39,640 nt of DNA from a virus (taxonomy: Duplodnaviria; Caudoviricetes), in the IMG/VR virus record IMGVR_UViG_3300020598_000052, positions 1 through 39,640 of that record; one strand, given 5' to 3'. The translations under genes and the position numbers were made by a program. Each line of letters begins with the position of its first letter. The first letter of the stretch is position 1. Of the stretch, positions 1-7,680 are shown one piece after another. The notes below the pieces were generated by a model. The model was not told the origin of the DNA and did not search any database. It was given only the letters and a program-made list of their open reading frames with translations.

Positions 1-255
1 GCCGACGATGGCATGGGCGAAGTCGGCCACGCCGAGCTGGCGCATCACGTTGACGTTGGTGGAATCCGCCTGCACCGCATGCGTCAGGTAGTTGCCCCAG
101 AGCTGCACGGGCTCCGCGTCCTTGTCGAGACCCATCACGTCGTGGCCCAGACGCATCAGCGACTGCGCGACCGAGCTGCCGAAGCGGCCCAGTCCGATCA
201 CGACCACGCTGTCTCCTCTCGAGAAGGAGAACTGCTCGGTAAATAATCTAGCCAA
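1..255 (-). CDS. trkA: TrkA/KtrA-family potassium uptake NAD-binding (RCK) subunit, N-terminal part; runs off the window
   Basis: Manual translation from TTG at 255: MARLFTEQFSFSRGDSVVVIGLGRFGSSVAQSLMRLGHDVMGLD..., with a Rossmann GxGxxG motif. Overlaps the trkH stop and has GAGGAG upstream. Not in the ORF track. Confidence 0.9.
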   Translation of the reverse strand, partial: MARLFTEQFSFSRGDSVVVIGLGRFGSSVAQSLMRLGHDVMGLDKDAEPVQLWGNYLTHAVQADSTNVNVMRQLGVADFAHAIVG

Positions 256-1576
256 CAATTGGGTGCTCCTCTGGATAGCGGAACGGCATGCGGCGCTCGC
301 CCAATACCAGCGATGCCGCCAGCGTAATCGTGCCCACCCGGCCGGCATACATCAGCAGGATCAGCGTCAACTGGGCCGGCACCGGCAGATCGCCGGTGAT
401 CCCCGTCGACAGGCCGGTCGTTCCGAAGGCGGCGATGACCTCGAAGATGATCTGATCGGTCGGCACGTCGGTCGTGATCAGCAACACCAGTGTACCGAGG
501 GTGACCATCGCGCTGCCGAGCACCAGCACCGTGACGGCCTGGCGCTGGGCCGAGGCGCCCAGTCTGCGGCCGTATGCCTCGCAGTCGCTTTGCCCGCGGA
601 TCTCGGCGATCACCAGCAGGACCAGGATGGCGATCGTGCCGACCTTGACGCCGCCGGCGGTACTGGCGCTGCCGCCGCCGATGAACATCAGGAAGTAGTG
701 CAGCGCCCACGTTTCGGGCGTCAGCAAGCTGATGTCCAGGGTATTGAAGCCCGCGGTCCGTGCCGCCACCGATGCGAAGGCCGCTGACAGCAGCTTGTCG
801 GCGGCTGACATCGGGCCCAGCGTATTCGGATTGGTCCATTCGAACAGCAGCACCCCGACGAAGCCCATCGCCAGCAGCACCGCCGTGCCGGCGAGGGTCA
901 GCTTGGTATGCAGGGACCAATGATGCGGGCTGCGCGCCTTGCGCCGGACATCGTGCAGCACCGGGAATCCGATACCGCCGACCACGGTAGCCAGCATCAC
1001 CGGCATCAGGATCAGCGCATCGGCGGCATAGCGCGTCAGGCTGTCCGCATGGATCGAAATGCCGGCATTGTTGAAGGCGGACACCGCATGGAACAGTCCG
1101 CTCCACACCGCATCGCCCCATGGCAGGTCATGGGCAAGGCGAAGCCGCAGCGTCAGCAGCGTCGCGACCAGGGCCTCGGATGCCAGCGTCACCGCCAGCA
1201 CCAGCCGCGCGACGCTGGTCACGTCGCCCATGCCCAGCGAGCGCGTCTCGACCTGCGTGATCAGCTTCGTGCGCAGCCGCAGCGAACGGTTGACCATCAG
1301 GCCCAGCAGGGTCGCCGCGGTCATCATGCCGAAGCCGCCGATCTGGAACAGCACGAGAATCACAGCCTGGCCGAAGCCGGACCAGTAGGTGCCGGTGTCG
1401 ACGACGACGAGGCCCGTCACGCAGACGGCGGATACCGCGGTGAACACGGCCGTCAGCCACGGCACGGGCTGCCCGTCCGCCTGGGAGATCGGCAGGAGCA
1501 GCAGCAGCGTGCCGAGCGCGATCGCCAGCAGGAAGGCCAGCGCGACGACGCGCGGCGGATGCGCGATGGATTTCAT
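248..1576 (-). CDS. trkH: TrkH/KtrB-family potassium uptake membrane subunit (host)
   Basis: 442-aa polytopic protein with four filter motifs (SAVCVTGL, SAFNNAGI, ARTAGFNT, AFGTTGLS) plus the GGGSASTAGGVK and GRVG motifs. Confidence 0.95.
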   Translation of the reverse strand: MKSIAHPPRVVALAFLLAIALGTLLLLLPISQADGQPVPWLTAVFTAVSAVCVTGLVVVDTGTYWSGFGQAVILVLFQIGGFGMMTAATLLGLMVNRSLRLRTKLITQVETRSLGMGDVTSVARLVLAVTLASEALVATLLTLRLRLAHDLPWGDAVWSGLFHAVSAFNNAGISIHADSLTRYAADALILMPVMLATVVGGIGFPVLHDVRRKARSPHHWSLHTKLTLAGTAVLLAMGFVGVLLFEWTNPNTLGPMSAADKLLSAAFASVAARTAGFNTLDISLLTPETWALHYFLMFIGGGSASTAGGVKVGTIAILVLLVIAEIRGQSDCEAYGRRLGASAQRQAVTVLVLGSAMVTLGTLVLLITTDVPTDQIIFEVIAAFGTTGLSTGITGDLPVPAQLTLILLMYAGRVGTITLAASLVLGERRMPFRYPEEHPIVG

Positions 1577-1803
1577 CGGTCGATCATCCGCGCATCGGCA
1601 GTGCCGGGCTCGGGCACGCAGCAGATCGCTTCTTGTTGTCGGTCCATGTCGTCGACTCCGGGAAGGCGCTCCACCACTGCATTGGAGGCTGTTTCCTCGC
1701 TACGGCAAGAGGCCGCCGATTCTACACGGGGCCCCTTCGCATCGAACCTCCATGGTCGTGCTGCCGCGCCATGCGCGCAAGCACCTCGCTCGCCAGCGCC
1801 GGG

Positions 1804-1965
1804 GTTGCCACCGTTGCTACGGTTGCTACGGTCGCCACGGTCGCACGGTGGTCATGATCGCCACCGTTGCCGCTGCCACCGTTGGCACCGTTGGTACCGT
1901 TGGCACCGTTGCCACCGTTGTCACCATTGCCACCATTGCCACCATTGCCACCATTGCCACCATTG
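1804..1965. repeat. Degenerate 9-bp tandem repeat (GCCACCGTT/GCCACCATT), VNTR-like (host)
   Basis: Directly visible tandem units, e.g. gccaccattgccaccattgccaccatt at about 1929-1964 and variant gccaccgtt/ggcaccgtt/ggtaccgtt units upstream. Confidence 0.9.
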
Positions 1966-2101
1966 CGCGCGTGGTTGTAAGCCGCATTGGCGCCAATGAC
2001 AAGGCTCGTTAATCACCGTTGCAAAATCGAACAGAATGTCAGACGCCTCGCCGCTACAGTGAACCTTCCCATGCCTGTAGGCGTTTTATGGAGGTACACG
2101 A

Positions 2102-2557
2102 ATGAAGCAACATCTGGCGAAATCCCTGTTGATGGCTGGCGCGATGATCGCGTCGTACCCGCTGCTGGCGCAGCAGTCCCAGCCGATGCAGTCGACTCAG
2201 CCGATGCCGGCCGCTCAGACGATGCAGCCGACGCAGTCCACCCAATCCTCGCCATACGCGCAATCCGCGCAACCCACCCAATCGATCCAGTCCGCGCCTT
2301 CCGCGCAGGCGATGCCGTCGGCTCAGCCGATGCAGGGCATGCCCGCGGCAACGTCGCCAGCGCAATCCGCCGCACCGGTTGCCGGCGACCCGTACGCGCA
2401 AGCTGCCGCCCCCGCCGCGCAGCCGGGCATGGCGCCCGCCGATCCCACCCTGGTACGCAGCACCGACCCTGCCATCGATCCGGCCAGCATGAGCCTAGCA
2501 CCGGACGCGCTGGGCACGCGCCTGGGCCAGCGCAGCCTCTTCCTCGACGGCGCCTGA
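2102..2557 (+). CDS. Secreted Gln/Pro/Ala-rich low-complexity protein (host)
   Basis: GGAGG Shine-Dalgarno upstream. Signal-peptide-like N-terminus (MKQHLAKSLLMAGAMIASYPLLA), QPMQSTQPM-like repeats and a short non-repetitive C-terminus. Confidence 0.8.
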   Translation: MKQHLAKSLLMAGAMIASYPLLAQQSQPMQSTQPMPAAQTMQPTQSTQSSPYAQSAQPTQSIQSAPSAQAMPSAQPMQGMPAATSPAQSAAPVAGDPYAQAAAPAAQPGMAPADPTLVRSTDPAIDPASMSLAPDALGTRLGQRSLFLDGA

Positions 2558-2661
2558 TCGCCGACGGTCGTTCGTAGTGCCGGACGCCGCTCGGCCATCG
2601 GAGCACGAGCGGCTTCCGGCTTCCGGCTTCCGGCGTCGCGGGCGCGGGCGCAGGTGCGAAG

Positions 2662-2745
2662 CGCCAAGCGCCAAGACGCGACGTGTAGGGGGGCCGCCAA
2701 GCGCGGAGACGCGACGCGTGGGGACCGCCAGGCGCGGAAGTCGCG
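2662..2745. repeat. About 2.5 degenerate copies of a 31-33 bp GC-rich unit
   Basis: Units cgccaagcgccaagacgcgacgtgtaggggggc / cgccaagcgcggagacgcgacgcgtggggac / cgccaggcgcggaagtcgcga. Confidence 0.55.
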
Positions 2746-2777
2746 AAGCGCGGCTGATGCGAAATCGAATGGGGAGA

Positions 2778-2798
2778 GTGGTCCCGCCGACAGGAATC
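2778..2798. repeat. att core, left copy (duplicated tRNA 3' end)
   Basis: GTGGTCCCGCCGACAGGAATC, identical to 39095-39115. Confidence 0.97.
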
Positions 2799-2811
2799 CT
2801 AATCACTTACA

Positions 2812-2861
2812 TTTCAATGACTTATTTTTCTATGGCGTGATCGTGGCGTAATTCCACGCCA
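2812..2861. promoter_or_regulatory. Left att arm: IHF-like site and three putative integrase arm-type sites
   Basis: TTTCAATGACTTA (2812-2824) resembles WATCAANNNNTTR. TGGCGTGA at 2833 and TGGCGTAA at 2844, with an inverted copy at 2855-2861. The same motif recurs at 38944-38971. Confidence 0.7.
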
Positions 2862-2920
2862 AGGCGCGGCACTTCAGGGTCTATGGCCGCCATACGCACC
2901 ATGCTGCTGGACAGCGCGTT

Positions 2921-2942
2921 ATACTGTATATCCGTACAGTAT
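2921..2942. promoter_or_regulatory. LexA (SOS) box
   Basis: ATACTGTATATCCGTACAGTAT: CTGT-N8-ACAG core with 8-bp perfectly palindromic arms, 12 bp before the ATG at 2955. Confidence 0.9.
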
Positions 2943-2954
2943 TCGCTGTAGACC

Positions 2955-3230
2955 ATGCCGGCTACCTACCCCACTGCGTCCGTGTTCCTTGAGGCCCATT
3001 TCTTCGCCGACGACCGCGAGGAGCTGCGCTTGCCCTGTGAGGCAGTCACGGTCGGCAAGGACGCCATCGTCGTGCGCGGCATCGAGACGCGCCACCTGGC
3101 CGCCCTGCGCTGGACGCCGGACGCGCTGTCGTTCGGCGCCTACCATCACCAGCTGTCGTTCAAGGTCTGGCGCCCCGCCATCATCGACGGCCTCACCGCA
3201 CAGTTTCCGCTGCGCCGGCCCGGGCAGTAG
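2955..3230 (+). CDS. Hypothetical 91-aa protein, probably SOS-regulated
   Basis: ORF directly downstream of the LexA box with GC3-rich, gene-like codon usage. No family recognised. Confidence 0.75.
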   Translation: MPATYPTASVFLEAHFFADDREELRLPCEAVTVGKDAIVVRGIETRHLAALRWTPDALSFGAYHHQLSFKVWRPAIIDGLTAQFPLRRPGQ

Positions 3231-3232
3231 CC

Positions 3233-3613
3233 ATGCGATCGCGCGGCAACGAGCACCGATGGGCGACAGCGCCAGCGGACGAATCGGAACCGCCGGCGCC
3301 GCGGCGACCATCTTTTCCCGCGCCGCTCACGCGCGCCGAGCTCAAGGCGATGTATCAGCGCAACCGCTCCCCGGAGGTGCGGGCGCTGCTATGGGAGGTG
3401 GCGCGGCTGCAGGCCGTCGCCCGACGCGCCGCGCAGCTGTCGGCGTGCTTTCCGATGTACGACAGCGAGGCCAACACGTCGGCCTTTCAGATCATCCTGA
3501 ACGCGCTGCGCCGCGAGCTGGCCAATGAGACGTGCATTGCCGAGGCCGCCGAGCTCACGCGCGAATGGGACGAGGTGTTCTCCGTCGACCTGAACCCGGG
3601 ACGCCGGCGCTAG
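3233..3613 (+). CDS. Hypothetical helical protein, second gene of the SOS cassette
   Basis: Starts 2 bp after the previous stop. The motif PLTRAELKAMYQRNRSPEVRALLWEVARL resembles small betaproteobacterial proteins I recall near SOS-associated genes (unverified). Confidence 0.75.
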   Translation: MRSRGNEHRWATAPADESEPPAPRRPSFPAPLTRAELKAMYQRNRSPEVRALLWEVARLQAVARRAAQLSACFPMYDSEANTSAFQIILNALRRELANETCIAEAAELTREWDEVFSVDLNPGRRR

Positions 3614-3689
3614 GCGTGTCGGACGCCTGCCTATACCGCCACCGTGGCGCGCCGCGTACAACGAAAGGTGACACGCACAGGAGGGCACC

Positions 3690-3911
3690 ATGGCAGGAAA
3701 CATCCACGTTGTCCCGGCAGACGGCGGCTGGGCGGTAGAGGTTGAGGGCGGCGGCCGCGCGGACGTCGACTACCCGACACAGGAGGCGGCCATCACTGCC
3801 GCCACCGAGGCGGCCAAGCTGGCCAAGGTCGAACTGATCATCCACGGCCGCGACGGCCAGATCCGCGAGCGCAACAGCTTCGGCAACGACCCCCGCGACA
3901 TCAAGGGATAG
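3690..3911 (+). CDS. DUF2188-domain protein
   Basis: IHVVP..GGWAV...YPTQEAAI..A...A....ELIIHGRDGQIRERNSFGNDP pattern. AGGAGG SD upstream. Confidence 0.9.
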   Translation: MAGNIHVVPADGGWAVEVEGGGRADVDYPTQEAAITAATEAAKLAKVELIIHGRDGQIRERNSFGNDPRDIKG

Positions 3912-4010
3912 GCCGCAGTCACGGCCGAGTCGCCGCCGGCGCGTCAGCACAGCCCCGTCAGAAGCTGTGCGCACTGCGAGCGCTGGCGACTCACGTGACG
4001 ATGACTGACA

Positions 4011-4586
4011 TTACGCTCGTTTAGCCGCTGTCGGGCTCTTGTCCTCTGCCGATCCAAGACTACGGACGTGGGATGCCACGGCCATTTTCAGCGCATCGAT
4101 TGCATCATGCAGCTTCAAGTGAGCCTCGCTGTACGGCATCACATAGGCCTTACCGTCTGTATGCCCCTGAATGTAGGACCGACGAAAATTCTGCGCGATC
4201 TTTGAAACCTTGTCCCGCAGCAAGAGCAATTCGTCATATCGCTGTTGAAAGCCCGGGAAATAGATTGCCATAAGCATCTGCAAACGACCAAAGTCGACTT
4301 CTTTATTGTCTTTCGTTTGCAGATCAAGGCCCTCGTTGTACGACATTTCGCCGCGCATAACAGAAAGCTGTATCAGGCAAAGCGCCTCGAATCCGTTCTT
4401 CCATTCGTGAAGCAACCCGTAAAGCTCTTCTCCCCGCGCCCTCAGCAACTCTTCTCGCTGCTTCTGTTGCTCATGTTTGAGCTGCGTGGTGAGCCGGCTC
4501 GCGTGGCCTCGATTCGTGAGATAGACGGTACCCAGCGCGACAAGTGCGGTGATCACGGCGGGCCCCAGACTAGCGATGAGGGTCAT
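4011..4586 (-). CDS. Moron: N-terminal membrane anchor, coiled coil and helical domain; function unknown
   Basis: Hydrophobic residues about 3-24, then a Q/E/K-rich coiled coil. Visibly AT-richer than the phage core genes. Confidence 0.8.
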   Translation of the reverse strand: MTLIASLGPAVITALVALGTVYLTNRGHASRLTTQLKHEQQKQREELLRARGEELYGLLHEWKNGFEALCLIQLSVMRGEMSYNEGLDLQTKDNKEVDFGRLQMLMAIYFPGFQQRYDELLLLRDKVSKIAQNFRRSYIQGHTDGKAYVMPYSEAHLKLHDAIDALKMAVASHVRSLGSAEDKSPTAAKRA

Positions 4587-4712
4587 GTATCAGGGGATTG
4601 CATAACGGTTTGGTGGTTGGGGGACGTACGCGCGCTCACATTACTGACACTGCGTACGCCCGCCATAGGTCTCCCGCGGCGCCTGCGAAACGGTTCGGGA
4701 CGAAGCGCCCGC

Positions 4713-4928
4713 TCAGATTCGGATAGTCACGCTGTTACCGCCGATCCGAACAAAGCTTTCGAGGGTGGCCGGCAGAAATTTGCCGGCGGATATGGTCACA
4801 TGGCCACCGGAAGCCTTTGCGGCACGGATTATTGCCTCCACGGTCGTTGGCAGGTAACTCTTGGAATCCGTGATATCGATATTTGCGCCCAGATGCGCCA
4901 GGCGTTCAACCGTTGCAGGAAGAAGCAT
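4713..4928 (-). CDS. Moron: 71-aa protein built from three internal repeats; function unknown
   Basis: Repeats start LLPATVE / YLPTTVE / FLPATLE. GAGGG SD and its own promoter upstream. Confidence 0.8.
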   Translation of the reverse strand: MLLPATVERLAHLGANIDITDSKSYLPTTVEAIIRAAKASGGHVTISAGKFLPATLESFVRIGGNSVTIRI

Positions 4929-4959
4929 TTGTCACCCTCGATGAGTAAATGTGCATTTG

Positions 4960-4988
4960 AATATATCCGAAAGTGCAATCGCCGGCAA
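4960..4988 (-). promoter_or_regulatory. Sigma70-type promoter for the moron genes
   Basis: TTGCCG (4988-4983), 17-bp spacer, TATATT (4965-4960). Confidence 0.65.
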
Positions 4989-4991
4989 AAT

Positions 4992-5516
4992 TCAGCGCAC
5001 TAAGGAGTCGTATGCACGCTCGCAGGCGAGGCCCGCAATGTAGCTGGCGTCAAGAGCCTCAGCCAGGACTCCCGCTCGGCGGTCAGCCCTTTCGAGCACG
5101 TCGGCAAGCACTCCGAGGGGATCGCCGGCTGCCGTGCTTCCGCAGGCAGCGGCGGAATCGCTGGCGCGGGCGGTGGCCACGAGTTCGTCAACCCGCCGGC
5201 GCAACCGGCTAGCAACAGCATCAGCGGCGCGAGCATCAGCCCGTGCCTTGTCGGCTTCTTTCTTTGCAGCATTCGCAATCTCCGCTTGTTCGAACACCCG
5301 GCGCTGTTCTTCGCGACGGACATCGCCGAGGGCGCCAACCTTCGCCGCCTCTTGGGCGAGCCGTTTCTCGACATAGCCACGGCGCAGCTGCTCCAGCTCA
5401 CGGTCCTTGCGCCAGCCGTTGGCCGTCCAGCCCGCAACGACAAGTGCGGCAGCGGCCGCCGCCAGCGCAATGCGGCGCCACGGCAACGCCGCCACGGTGG
5501 TGACCAGCGCAATCAT
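4992..5516 (-). CDS. Inner-membrane spanin (Rz-like, DUF2514-type)
   Basis: Starts at an ATGA overlap with the endolysin stop. N-terminal TM helix, Ala-rich coiled coil, C-terminal GLACERAYDSL. Confidence 0.85.
   Translation of the reverse strand: MIALVTTVAALPWRRIALAAAAAALVVAGWTANGWRKDRELEQLRRGYVEKRLAQEAAKVGALGDVRREEQRRVFEQAEIANAAKKEADKARADARAADAVASRLRRRVDELVATARASDSAAACGSTAAGDPLGVLADVLERADRRAGVLAEALDASYIAGLACERAYDSLVR
5000..5272 (-). CDS. Outer-membrane spanin lipoprotein (Rz1-like), fully embedded in Rz
   Basis: MLQRKKPTRHGLMLAPLMLLLAGC: basic N-terminus, hydrophobic stretch and LAGC lipobox. Pro-rich mature part with two further Cys. GGAG 7 nt before the ATG. Confidence 0.85.
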   Translation of the reverse strand: MLQRKKPTRHGLMLAPLMLLLAGCAGGLTNSWPPPAPAIPPLPAEARQPAIPSECLPTCSKGLTAERESWLRLLTPATLRASPASVHTTP

Positions 5517-6052
5517 GGCCGCACCCCCAGCATCATCTTTGCGCGAGCCCACAACGCCCGCCGATCGGCCAAGCCGTTGGTACCGCCATTGATCGCGCGC
5601 GTCAGACCGACGAAATCCGCAGCATCGGCAAACCGGTTCAGGTTCCGGTGGTGCCAGTACCAGGCCGCTGAGGCCGCGGCCGCCACCGGTTGCTCGAGCA
5701 GCTCGGGCCGCGACAGCAGATCGAGATCCAGCGCGAACCCGCACAGCAGGTAGTTCTTGCGGCCGGTGATCTGGATCAGGCCCCGGCCCATGTACCGCTT
5801 GCCGTCGCCGGGCTCGGTGTTGCCGAGGTCGGTACGCCCTTCATAGCGGCGCTGCGCCGGCGTCGGCCCCCAGATCTCTCGCAGGTGGCGCAGCTGGCCG
5901 GACTCGTGCCCCACCTGCGCCAGGAACGCGGCAGCGCGCTCTGGCGTGTTGATGGCGTACGCCTCCATGGCCGCGACCAGCGGCAGCACAAACACGTCGG
6001 CGCGGTCGCCGGCGTAGGGCATGATGGCCCGCAGCTTTGCCGCGTCGATCAT
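5513..6052 (-). CDS. Endolysin, glycoside hydrolase family 19
   Basis: AAFLAQVGHESG, YEGRTDLGN, YMGRGLIQITGRKNY and TRAINGGTNGLADR motifs. Confidence 0.93.
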   Translation of the reverse strand: MIDAAKLRAIMPYAGDRADVFVLPLVAAMEAYAINTPERAAAFLAQVGHESGQLRHLREIWGPTPAQRRYEGRTDLGNTEPGDGKRYMGRGLIQITGRKNYLLCGFALDLDLLSRPELLEQPVAAAASAAWYWHHRNLNRFADAADFVGLTRAINGGTNGLADRRALWARAKMMLGVRP

Positions 6053-6447
6053 TGCCCCATCCCCTTGCGCAAGTCGGCGTAGATGTCATCGATGCCCGCA
6101 TCGGCGCGCCGGTTGATGTAGTTGAACACCCAGCGCACGATCGCCCAGCCAGGTAGACCGCAAGCGAACACCAGGCCAAACAGCGCCACCAGGCCGATGT
6201 AATCGGCGGTCCAACTCTGCAACCCAAAGTGCTGTACCACGGCGGCGCCGCCACCGAGGCTCGACACAACGGTGCAGGTAAGGGCGACCGCCCATTCCCC
6301 GCGCGTGCGCGGCCTCACCATGAGCATGACCACGAACGCTGCCAGACCGCTCGCCCCGGCCGCCACACCCGCCGCCCCGCCGATGGCTTTGAAAGCCGCC
6401 GCGCCACCCGCCGCCGCAGCGGCACTGCCGCTAATCGGTTCCGACAT
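6049..6447 (-). CDS. Holin
   Basis: Three hydrophobic segments and a charged C-terminus, with an ATGA overlap to the endolysin. GAGGGG SD before the ATG at 6447. Confidence 0.8.
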   Translation of the reverse strand: MSEPISGSAAAAAGGAAAFKAIGGAAGVAAGASGLAAFVVMLMVRPRTRGEWAVALTCTVVSSLGGGAAVVQHFGLQSWTADYIGLVALFGLVFACGLPGWAIVRWVFNYINRRADAGIDDIYADLRKGMGQ

Positions 6448-6467
6448 TCTTGACCCCTCGTAGAAAT

Positions 6468-6516
6468 GAAAACGCCCGCGCGAGGCGGGCAAAAAAAAAC
6501 CGCCCCGGAGGGCGGC
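6468..6516 (-). terminator. Tandem intrinsic terminators after the acyltransferase
   Basis: CCGCCC-TCCG-GGGCGG followed by T9, then GCCCGC-CTCGC-GCGGGC followed by GTTTT. Confidence 0.85.
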
Positions 6517-6534
6517 TATGTCGTGCTGCTAGGC

Positions 6535-7680
6535 TCAGGTCGCGGCCTGCATGCGTGCTTGAATATCGGGCGCGATGGCACGGCCGCGGTTGCGGAATGG
6601 AACCTCGATCAACCGGTAGCTGAGCTCTGCGAACAGCAGCATCATGGGCAGTCCAGTTGCGAGGAAACGAAGCGTGTCCGTCGAGTCGAACTTGGTCGAC
6701 GCATCGCTAAAGCGCAACCACAGCTCCTTTGTCACAAAGAACGCAGGGATGTGCGACAGGTACAAGGCGTACGAGCGAGATCCGACGTACTCTGCGACCG
6801 CTGCAACCCAACCGCGCGGGACGATGTAGCCGCGATCGAAGCTCGCCAAGAACACCATCGCGGCACTTAGCACAGCGACCATGCCAGTGGACATGGGCAC
6901 GGCCACAACGCCAGAGGCACCGAGCGCCGCGAGAAGCAACGCAAGCAGCGCCGTCGAGCCGAGCACCTTCGCCCGATTGCCGAGGAACACTGGCTCCAGC
7001 ATCCGGTAGCTCGGGTGGTCCTTCCATAGGGCCACGACAACACCGAGCGCGATGGCGTCCGTCCTGACGAAGCCAAGCAACGATCCGCCCCTGTCGAGCG
7101 GCAACTGGATTGCGGCAATTCCGAGGAACAGCGCTGCCCAGAATCGACGGGGCACAAGGAACAGCAGCACAGGGAAGACCAGATAGAACTGCTCCTCCAG
7201 CGACAGGCTCCAGTACACCTGATTCGCTCCGCATGCGCCGTTCAGCTTGCAGTAATAGCCATAGAAGTTGGCCATGTTCAACATCGAGTAGACCTGATAC
7301 ACGAAGTTGCGACCCGGGGCGCCAAAATACCCGCCCTCGTTGAACAGGACGGATGCCGCGAGTATGAAGCACAGCCAGAACCACGCGGACGGCAACAGCC
7401 GCCATACGCGTCTCACCCAGAACGGCACGGCAAAAGACACAAAGGCACGCCAGCCACCCCCTTCCGGAACCTCCCGCAATATCGATCGAGTGATGATGAA
7501 TCCGGACACACAAAAGAAGAGATCCACGCCAGTCCAGAAATCCAGATAGCGATAGACCCGCGCGAACACCGGGTTCCACCAGGGAAACAACTCGTGGATG
7601 TGCGCGAACAGCACGAACAGAATACCTATCGCCCGTAATGCCTCAATGTCGGTATTTTTCTTCAGCGTTATATGACCCAA
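6535..7680 (-). CDS. Acyltransferase-3 family membrane O-acetyltransferase (OafA/Oac-like; probable surface polysaccharide modification)
   Basis: IEALRAIGILFVLFAH, GVDLFFCVSGFII, FWVRRVWRLLP, WSLSLEEQFY, GSRSYALYLSH and SYRLIEVP motifs, about 10 TM segments, no fused SGNH domain. TTG start with GGAG SD. Confidence 0.92.
   Translation of the reverse strand: MGHITLKKNTDIEALRAIGILFVLFAHIHELFPWWNPVFARVYRYLDFWTGVDLFFCVSGFIITRSILREVPEGGGWRAFVSFAVPFWVRRVWRLLPSAWFWLCFILAASVLFNEGGYFGAPGRNFVYQVYSMLNMANFYGYYCKLNGACGANQVYWSLSLEEQFYLVFPVLLFLVPRRFWAALFLGIAAIQLPLDRGGSLLGFVRTDAIALGVVVALWKDHPSYRMLEPVFLGNRAKVLGSTALLALLLAALGASGVVAVPMSTGMVAVLSAAMVFLASFDRGYIVPRGWVAAVAEYVGSRSYALYLSHIPAFFVTKELWLRFSDASTKFDSTDTLRFLATGLPMMLLFAELSYRLIEVPFRNRGRAIAPDIQARMQAAT

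Noticed and set aside
1389-2012. ORFs with ATI/HCH/NGG repeats over the VNTR
   Set aside because: They are open only because the 9-bp unit lacks stops; they overlap trkH antisense or lack a start.
2779-2798. Second tRNA gene
   Set aside because: Only the 3' 20 nt are present; it is the att duplication.
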